A stretch of 64,000 nt of DNA from Psammoneis japonica (lineage: Eukaryota): NCBI GenBank assembly GCA_008632985.1, contig QPGO01000019.1, positions 248,001-312,000 on the forward strand, in the 5' to 3' direction. The notes below the pieces were generated by a model that was not told where the DNA came from, searched no databases, and saw nothing but the letters and a program-made list of their open reading frames with translations. Each line of letters starts with the position of its first letter. The stretch's first letter is position 1. A program made the translations under genes and the position numbers. This document shows positions 55,850-64,000 of the stretch, one piece after another.

Positions 55850-57280
55850 TCACATCGATTGTTCTTGAACGTCGCAAGCGGGAACAGCGCCCTTTGGAAT
55901 GACATCGTATCCTGTCACATTGGGAACACCTGTCCCTTCCACACTCAAGTCAGCTTCGGTGCTGCAACACCACTGCGTCTGATTGGGATTCAAAAAGTCG
56001 AGCATCACATTGAATGAATCGGTGACACCTTCGACACAACGCACGAATTGGGTCACACAGTCACGTCGGATTTGTTCCTTCACGACATCGTCACTGAAGC
56101 CACCTTCACACTTGGTCTCCAGGTTCGCAATGACGTCCTTGATCCATCCATGGATTGCATCTGGACGCAACTCAAAAAAAGCCACTTGGCTGATGAGCCA
56201 CAGGCTTCCGCGATCAGATGGCCAGACAGTGTTGAGGCTGAAGAACATTGCCAGCTTGAATCCATCGTGTGCCACTCCATTGCCATCAATGGCCAATGAG
56301 TGCCGGACGAGATTGTCCATGTTGCGATTCCGCTGACGTGATTCAAAAGGATCCACGTTCAAATCCACAAGTCCTCCAACTTTGCCGTGGGCATCAACCC
56401 CACACAACAGCAAACCACAGGTTCGCGACAAGCCAAGTCGGTCAATGTCACTGCAGTCTGGTGCAAGCTTGAGCATGTTGCCTCACGATCGCCACTGGTT
56501 GGATCGCCTTGTGTCAAGAGCTTGCGGTCTGCCGGCTGAGCACTGCCAGCAATCTCAAGCAGCATGTGCCGTCTGGCTCTTGTTCCTGATCTTGAGCAGC
56601 CTCTGTTCCATGTCGTCGTGGAGAGAGAACATCGGTGTTGTGGCGGACACACAGTGCCGCATGGGAGGCGACCATTTCTTGTGCAGTTTGAAGACTGACT
56701 CCATGAGACCAAAACGTTGTCTCCACAGTCTCATGAACACCTCCTTGAATTGCTGACGGTGAGTCACGAATCACTCTTCCCAGCAAATCATGTGATGGTC
56801 CAGCGTGTCCATCGCTGAGACCGGCTCTTCGGCAGGTGGATCGCCATCTGCCATTTCTGCGTTTGTGTTGTGACTCGGTGCAAACGCTCTTGTCCAAAGG
56901 GAGAGTTGGTCCCTTGCTCGTTTGTGCGCTCTTGTGGCGCGTTCTTGGAGAATTTCCTCCTTTCTTCCGTTCCATAAATCCACAGGAAGACTGTCGGCAC
57001 GCAGGTCGCCCATCCTGATGAACTCATCCTTGATGCTTGCATCAATTGCGCAGGCGCCCACCACCTCTAAAAAATGGTTGTTCAGCCAACGATTCAACAC
57101 TGTGCCTGTTGTGTTGTGAGTGACATGTTCTTGTGGCCTTTTCTCATTGCACAAGTGCCGCGTGGCCCTTTCTTGGTGCACCGCTTGGTTGATGAGGTCT
57201 CCGACACGTTCGTTTGGTGCCGCTTCTAACACGGCGCTCAGGATGGTTTGATCAATGTCCACCTCCTCGTCGTCATTCAT
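55850..57280 (-). pseudogene. Additional ~476-codon ORF between pol and the 3' LTR, unknown function
   Basis: ORF-track pieces 56771-57280, 56555-56767 and 55850-56476 share one frame, broken by three TGA codons; protein-like composition. Confidence 0.65.
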
Positions 57281-57375
57281 TGTCGACCGTTGTTGTCATG
57301 CGAAATGTGATTCGCTCCGGAGAAGATCGCACGATTGTCATTCTCCGGGTGCCAGGGATCTTTCACCCACACGCA

Positions 57376-60300
57376 TCAGAATTCTCGTCTGACATCACAA
57401 ACAGGTGTCTCACCTGTCACCATCAGGACTTGACGTCCCATGACGGCTCGTTTGAATTTTAAAAACTTTTCACCTTGCAATGGCTTGGTCATGAAACCTC
57501 CAATCATCGCGTCGGCAGGACAGCACTCGATGGTCAGGTTGCCCTTCTCGACTTGGTTGCACACGAAGAAGCATCGCATGTTCAGCGCTCTGGAATGCTT
57601 GCCTGCGCTCCGACGAACGGCATGGGATGTTCTTGTCGATGGGACATCCTTGGTGCTCCACAAACAGCTTCGTCCATAGGATCATGGTCATTGCGTCGTC
57701 AACACCCACCAGCTCGGCTTCTGTGCTGCTTTGGGTGTTCAATTTCTGTCTTCGTGACATGGCTTGCATCACTCCATCACCCATTGTCTTCACTGCTCCA
57801 GTGTGGCTCTTGAAATCTGGATGCACCGCGAAGGATGCATCGACATGTCACTTTGTCACTCGGAGATCTTTTGCGCTCAGGGCAGCCACCTCGTTGCGCA
57901 CTCGATTCAGACACTTGAGGCACCAGATGAGCTTCGCCCAGTCTTTGTTGGTGGGCTCTCTTGTCCGTGTGCATGATGCTGATGTCGTCGGATGGACGTC
58001 CATGCGTCCACGTTTGGATGCGAACAGTCCTTTCGCTGCCCACGTGTGAAACATCTGTGCTTTCTCTGGCGGCAATTTTGTTCCACCCACCTCAAATGGG
58101 TTCTCCCCTGCTGGTGTCACAGCAAAATCTGTGCTCTTGATCTTTTCTGGAAATTTGTCAATCACAGATCCGACACACTTTCTCATGTCTGCCATCACCT
58201 TTCCTTTGTCGGTGAAGTCCAGGATCATGCCGAGGCAGTCATGTTTCGGACCCCTCGTTGCCACGACTTCGCCGTGACTCCCGTGCTTCCTGTTCAACCA
58301 GTTGAGGAACTTGTCATTAACTTTTGGGTTGACGTGGCTTGACAGCAAGTTGTCCACGTGAAATCGCACTGTGCGCTGCTTTCCGTTGACAACTCGGTTG
58401 GCAATGCACGGGTCACATGGGTTGAACTTGAACCCCACCCTTTCCAAGTCTTTACGGAACTTCTTGCACCACAGCAGTGCGGCAACAAGCATGCCACAGA
58501 TTGCTCTGATGACTTGGACGTAAAGGACTCTCTTTCCTTTTTCTAGGACCACGTGCGGTCCATGCAAGTTCGGATCAATGCTTGCCAGCATGTCCACAAG
58601 TGAACCTGCAATCTTCATCATGATTCGTTCCTTGCCTTCCTTGGGTTCTGGAACTTCTGTTTGAATGAATGCGTTGGGGATGTCAGCGCTCACAACATTG
58701 CGTCCCTCGTCTGCATCGATCACCGCAGTCATCAGGATTCCTTCCAATGATGCTGTTGGACTGGCTGATTCGTCTTTGTCCAGCCATTCTCTGGATGGTT
58801 TCCCGTTGTGTGACATCCGCCCTTTGACGCGACCATCGCGTTTCTCTGCAAGGAACATCAGGGCTCTCATTGCCTTCTTCCTCTCGGTCGGAGTCATGCT
58901 TTTCACTGAAACCGGTTGGAAGCAAACTCGGTCGTGCAGTTGTTTCATTTCTTTCCGTGAGGCATCATGTCCTCGCTGTCCAAACAGTTTGAGACCTTTG
59001 TGTGGTGGATGTTGCTGACCAAACGACATCTCCTTTCCTGCTTGTGCTCTGTCGTTGTGTTCGCACATGAAAAATGCAGTGACCAATCCTTCTTCACAGT
59101 CACAGTCTGTGTCGTCTTGTGGGTTGGGACTCCCATTGGTCAGGACATTGTGGCAATGCTCAAGCTTTCCCAGCTCTTGTTCTTCTTCTTGGGTTCTCGC
59201 CACTCCTGCAAAGCGGACTTTCTTTGTCGTGTCACTTGTCTTTGCTTTTGCATTGCAGCTGCGTCCTGATCTTGTGGCTCGGCTTGTTGTTTCTGCCGAT
59301 TCTTCTGGTTGTTTCATCTCTTCTTGGCATTGATTTGGACTGGATCCATCTTCTGCAAGGATCTCATTGGTTTCTTCGTGTTCTTCGTCAGATTCACATT
59401 CGTCGTTGTAATCGTCATTGTCATCGTTGTCGCTGTTGCTGTCGCTGTCGTTGTCGCTGTCGCTGTCGTTGTCGTTGTCGCTGCCGTTGTCGCTGTCGCT
59501 GTCGCTGTTGTCCACTCCTGCAGTCCAATCAGTGTCACGAAGATTGTCGCCACATTTGCCGGTGAACTTGAAGTCCTTGATGCCTTGACGAGAGGCCATG
59601 CGTTCAACCGCCCGAACGTGGGTGTCGGTTAAAGGGACTGCAGTGCATTTGCAGGGGTTAAGAAGTTTCCCTGTGTGGAGATTCACAGTGCAGTTTCCCC
59701 TTTTGTCCGTGTCGCAACAGGGGCGTGGGCAGATGCTGTCGATCCCACGTGTTTCCATTGCATTTGTGGGGGAATTCTCAACATGTGAAAGAACAAATTC
59801 GCTGAAAGTGAAAGCAAAATGCTTGTTGCAGTCGAGATTTCTGCGTTGCAAGATGGCATGTGGACTGCAAATGTCCAAGATGCCCTCCTTTTGCGGGCGC
59901 ACATTCGACATCACAGTGTTCTTGATTGCCACGTGCTCACACATGAGCTTGGGCATTGCCTTGTGTGGCGCGTGTTGAACGGCAGCTCTTGTCCGTTCCT
60001 CAATGGTTTGAACACTGCGCTCGACTTCAGGTGCGTGGTCCTTGGTGTTGGCACTGACAAGTTCAATGTCCATGCCGTCCGCAACGTCAGAAAGCATCTC
60101 TTTAAATTCAGGATCACACTCGATGAAGTCAATCTTGAAGGAAGCCTTGTTGCATTGGCGCAGAATGGTGTCCAGTGCGTCACACACGTGAACGTGCTTC
60201 TTGGACTTTAAACGCACGCTCGCTCAACATTTGATCATCTTGTCAATAGAATGGAGCAGCTTGACTCCACAAACCTCCATGATGTCAATGCATGGAGCAG

Positions 60301-62434
60301 TGCTGTCCTTCTGTCTCTCACAAAGTTCTGGCGGCAAGGAAACAATGTCGTTCCTCTCATGGGAACGGCGGGCGCGTTTGGATTTTCCTTTCACTGCGTC
60401 CACAGGTGGACCCCAAATGGCCACCATACGATCGGCGTCTTTGGGAACAATGTCGACAATCTTGACTTGGTTCGATCGCAGGAAGCACTTGCAATCCCAC
60501 ACACTGGGGATGCCAGCCTCGCAGTGGAATCAGAGAGCCTCTTTTGCCCTCGCGATCTCGCGTTTTGCATGCCCTTTTGAGTTTTCTTTGGCAGTCGGAA
60601 TCGCTGTCCCAGCAACACTGCCTGGCCCGCGCTTCTTGCGCTTCGATTGCTTGGATCCTGTCATGTTCATGTTCACATGTTGCTCTGCTTCTTGGAGCTC
60701 CTTCACGTGATCTAGGAATCCCTTGCTTGGTGTAAACGTGCATGGGCCAATGCTGTTTGCCTTGAACACTGCGACTTGCTTCCCCGACTTCTTGTCCAGC
60801 AAGCGGAATTCATCGGCTGCTTGCGTGTCATGGGTCACGTTGCACTTTTTCTTGACGTCTCGTAAACTGAGGATGTTCGCAATTGCATTCTTTGTCCCGA
60901 GTTTCATGTCACCCCATCCTGGCATGGTGCAGTCTTCATCCAGCGTGTCCACTCCTGTGTTTGTTGACAGGTCGATCTTGACCTTTGCTGGTCTGATGCT
61001 GTGCACGAGGTTCCCACTCGCTGCCATGCCAAGGGTGGATCCATTGTCGAGGATCAATTCATCTGACTCGATGTTTGATGAGCTCTGGTTCATGCTGACC
61101 TGTGTGCTCTCGTTCGTCACTTGCAAATGTGATGAATGCCAAGACCTTCTGTTTCCATTGGACCGCGACAACCTGACGCCACTGATTGAATCAACGCTTG
61201 TGTTGTCGTCTTCTGAACTGTTTTTGCCAGTTCGAGCCTGTGCGTGGCTTTGTCCCGGCAGTTCGGGCTTCTTCTTGGTGTTCTTGAACCACTTGTCACA
61301 GGGGATGTCGCTTCAGTGTTTGCACTTGTTGGACTTGTGCCCCCCCACACCACAACAAGCACAGATGATTGCCTTGTCTTGTGTGGTCTGTTGTGCATGA
61401 CTCTGGTCCTTCTTGTTTTTCTTGTCTTGATCGTTTCTTTTCAATTCGTTTCGCTTCCCGCTTCTTTTTTGTGGATCGTTGTCCTTGGGATGATTCAATG
61501 ACATGTCCACTGCCGAGTCCAAATCCTTCGGATGCGTGTCATTTCCGAGACTGCAGTCTCATGCCAGACTCTTCTCAAGACTCTTGTGATGGCAATCATC
61601 GCTGTTCTGAATGAACAGACATGTCGTCCATGTCTCGCATGCATCCTTCTTGAGTTTGTCCTTTTGTGTCCTGGTTCCCATGGTGCACTCCTTGGTGTTC
61701 TCGATGAAACCGTCAAGGAATCTATCTCCCATTCCTTCTTTAGCAGCATCGCGTTGATTCTTGAATCGCAACAAGCAGTCATTTAGTGACTCATGTTCTT
61801 GGTGTCTGACGTCAAGCAAGGCAGACAAGGCCTTGGTGAACGTGTGGAATGGGTGACGACCTCTCATGGAGTCGCATGTCAGGGACTGCATCAGTTTCAA
61901 TGACTTGATCGGGTCATCCCTGATCGTGTCAAAACTGGGATCTGCCTCCACCCACTGTCTCATTAGCTTGGAGCAGTGATCGTCTGAGATCGTTGCAGCA
62001 GCCTTTGTCTTGTTCTTCTCAAACTCTGAGAGCTTTCCACGGCACTCGCCCAGTTCCGCCCTGCACTCATGGATCAACTGTCTGTTCTCGAGCTCTCTGT
62101 CTGCATCGTCTTTGGCTGCAGATGCCTTCAGCACTGGTTTCTTGCCACTGAAATCCTTGCAGTTCATGTCTTCCAGTGAATGGGTTAAGTGCACGCCCTG
62201 TTCGCACTCCTTCTGGATGCAACGCACTGGCTTTGTCTTGACTTGCTTGAATGTTGCGTTGCAAGAGTTGCTGTTCATGGAGGACGGATGGAATTTCATC
62301 TCCGTGGTGCAGTTCTTGCTGTTGAATGCCTTCTTCTTTGAGTTGGAAGATTTGTGGCCTTTGCTGCTGTTGCCGCGACCATTGTTGCGGTCTTTTCCTT
62401 TTCTGTGCGGGTTGCTCGACCCTCTGTCACTCAT
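57376..62434 (-). pseudogene. copia gag-pol polyprotein, disrupted
   Basis: Zn knuckle CACCGVGGHKSNKC, protease LILDNGST, integrase core (ECDPEF...HAPEVERS), RT SADIPNAF and FHVDN (from FHVDD), RNase H DASFAVHPDFKSHTG, STEAELVG, FMTKPLQG; several stops and frameshifts. Confidence 0.93.
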
Positions 62435-62517
62435 TGCACAGGCTGCTGATTGTCTCCTTTTAGACTGCAGACTTTCCAGTTAACAAGCACTTGTTGCTTG
62501 TGACTCTTTAGAGTGAA

Positions 62518-62886
62518 TGTTGAACCGACGAGCCAATGGCGGCAAACGGGAATCTTACAAAGAATCCTCCGCTCTCGTCACACTCGTCCTGGTTGCTTGT
62601 GCGGCTGTGGTTTGCCTGGAAGATTGCTCAACACAAACTTCGTTCACTTGTCAGACATTTGTTTTAACAGACACTTCCCCAGTGCCGATCGACATGGATG
62701 ACAAACCAGATGGTTCACTCTAAAGAGTGAGAATGATGTTGCGTGAACGACAGATTGATGACGAAGAAGACACAGTCATCGGAATGCACAAGTCATCGGA
62801 TTGCACACGTGTGGAGCCTCACACATCTTTCACTTCAATTCACACATGTTCGGGTTGCTTTCACCCCGCATTCAAATGCTCCAACA
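62518..62886 (-). repeat. 5' LTR (369 bp)
   Basis: Aligns end to end with 55470-55837. Confidence 0.96.
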
Positions 62887-64000
62887 CATCCACAGCACAG
62901 GAGGTGCAGGGTGAACTTGGTCATGCAGGCGGTGGTTGTTCCCATGGCCATTCTGGTGAGTGTGTTTTGTGGCACTCAACATGTTTTTTGTTTGCTCACG
63001 TGCTTTCTTTCTGTGTTTCATTTGAGTTGCAGGGGTGGAGCTGGGTGTTCAATGTCTTGCACCATGTGGGTGCTCAACATCTTCTTGCACCGTCACACAC
63101 CAGTGTCCATGTTGCTGTGGAGTCAGTGGCGCCAGATGCCCTGGTGCACCGGCAAGTGTGTGTTGCTGTTCATGTCAGTTCATCTGTGTTGTGCTCTCAC
63201 AACATTCTCTTTGCTTTTTGGCAATGAATGAGGTGGATCAGAGCAACAGCACTTCTGCTGCAAACTTGCATGCTCCAGAATCAGCAGCGTTGGATGCACT
63301 GGTGAGTCCATGTTGCCATTCCCATGGGTTGTGTTGGTTCATCCATGTCACACTCTCACAACATGATCCACTCTTTTTGGCGCTGAATGAGGTGGAACAA
63401 AGCAGCGGCACTTCAAATCATGGAACATGGAACAGCAGAGCTCCTGCTGCAAACTCGCCTGCTCCAGAATCAGCAGATGCACCGGCAAGTCTACATTGCC
63501 ATTCCTGTTGGTGGTGTCAGTCCATCCACATTGTGCTCTCACAACATGTTCTGCACTTTTTGGCAATGATCAAGGTGGCTGCCAGCAGCAGCACTTCAAG
63601 AAAGCGAGCTGCAACTGCTGCTGCAATCTCTGGGATGTTGTCTCCATCAGCGCCATCTAAGAATTTAAATGCAAACAACAAAACAAAATGTTTGTGGCAC
63701 AGTGCAAATGATTTTAATTTGCAGGTTCTGCAGGGACAGAGGGCGGGCACTCTCACAGGGAAAACGTGCCCCTGTTTCACAGTGAAACAATTTTCCTCAC
63801 AGGGAGGGGGGGTTAGATCCCACAGCATGAAAATGTTCATCTGCCACAGTTGACAGGTTCTGCAGGAACAAGGGTGGGCACTCTCACAGGGAAAATGTGC
63901 CCCTGTTACACAGTGAAACAAGTTTTCCTCACAGGGAGGGGGGGTCAGATCCCCAGCATGAAAATGTTCATCTGCCACAGTTGACATGTCATTGCCAGCT

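Larger units (their letters stand above)
55470..62886 (-). mobile_element. Full-length Ty1/copia (CoDi-like) LTR retrotransposon, inactivated
   Basis: Paired LTRs with TGTTG...CAACA termini; 5-bp TSD CATCC (55465-55469, 62887-62891); gag-PR-IN-RT-RH order; purine-rich tract GAGCGGCAGGAGTG before the 3' LTR on the minus strand. Confidence 0.96.
53940..64000. repeat. TpA-depleted block 4, hosting a nested copia element
   Basis: TA disappears after ~53935; flanks are CpG-poor with tandem duplications at 63190-63985. Confidence 0.8.

Noticed and set aside
59402..59510. Hexamer repeat array (GTCGCT/GTCGTT)
   Set aside because: Low-complexity Asp/Ser/Asn linker within copia pol; not CRISPR-like.
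57848..60217. Alternative genetic code or RNA editing restoring Tyr
   Set aside because: The same change affects non-coding LTRs on both strands, and neighbouring genes use Tyr normally.
55470..62886. CpG methylation decay alone as the cause of TG/CA excess
   Set aside because: It cannot convert Tyr codons to Cys/His or deplete TA, and most CpGs persist in both LTRs; it accounts only for a minority of changes (e.g. VDD->VDN, CGA->TGA).

Overview
Eukaryotic genomic window, almost certainly from a pennate diatom (frustulin genes, diatom-type bZIP, plastid bestrophin, CoDi-like Ty1/copia element, short GT-AG introns). Gene islands of ordinary composition alternate with four repeat blocks (~0.66-3.6, ~14.3-22.9, ~30.7-38.3 and ~53.9-64 kb) that are almost devoid of TpA and rich in TG/CA. 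Island genes: bZIP, PP1 inhibitor-3, glycosyltransferase-like, bestrophin, 4xF5/8C protein, TPR-DnaJ, PDX2, MFS transporter, multicopper oxidase and five frustulins. Main finding: a complete copia element (LTRs 55470-55837 and 62518-62886, TSD CATCC) shows systematic Tyr->Cys/His and Leu->Pro replacements, and its two LTRs differ by reciprocal TG/CA swaps while keeping most CpG. This points to repeat-targeted, TpA-specific A:T->G:C hypermutation, RIP-like but opposite in direction to fungal RIP. The same element has a PBS-position 15-mer perfectly complementary to its own LTR (candidate Tf1-like self-priming in a copia) and an extra ORF after pol. All calls are by eye; no database searches were run.
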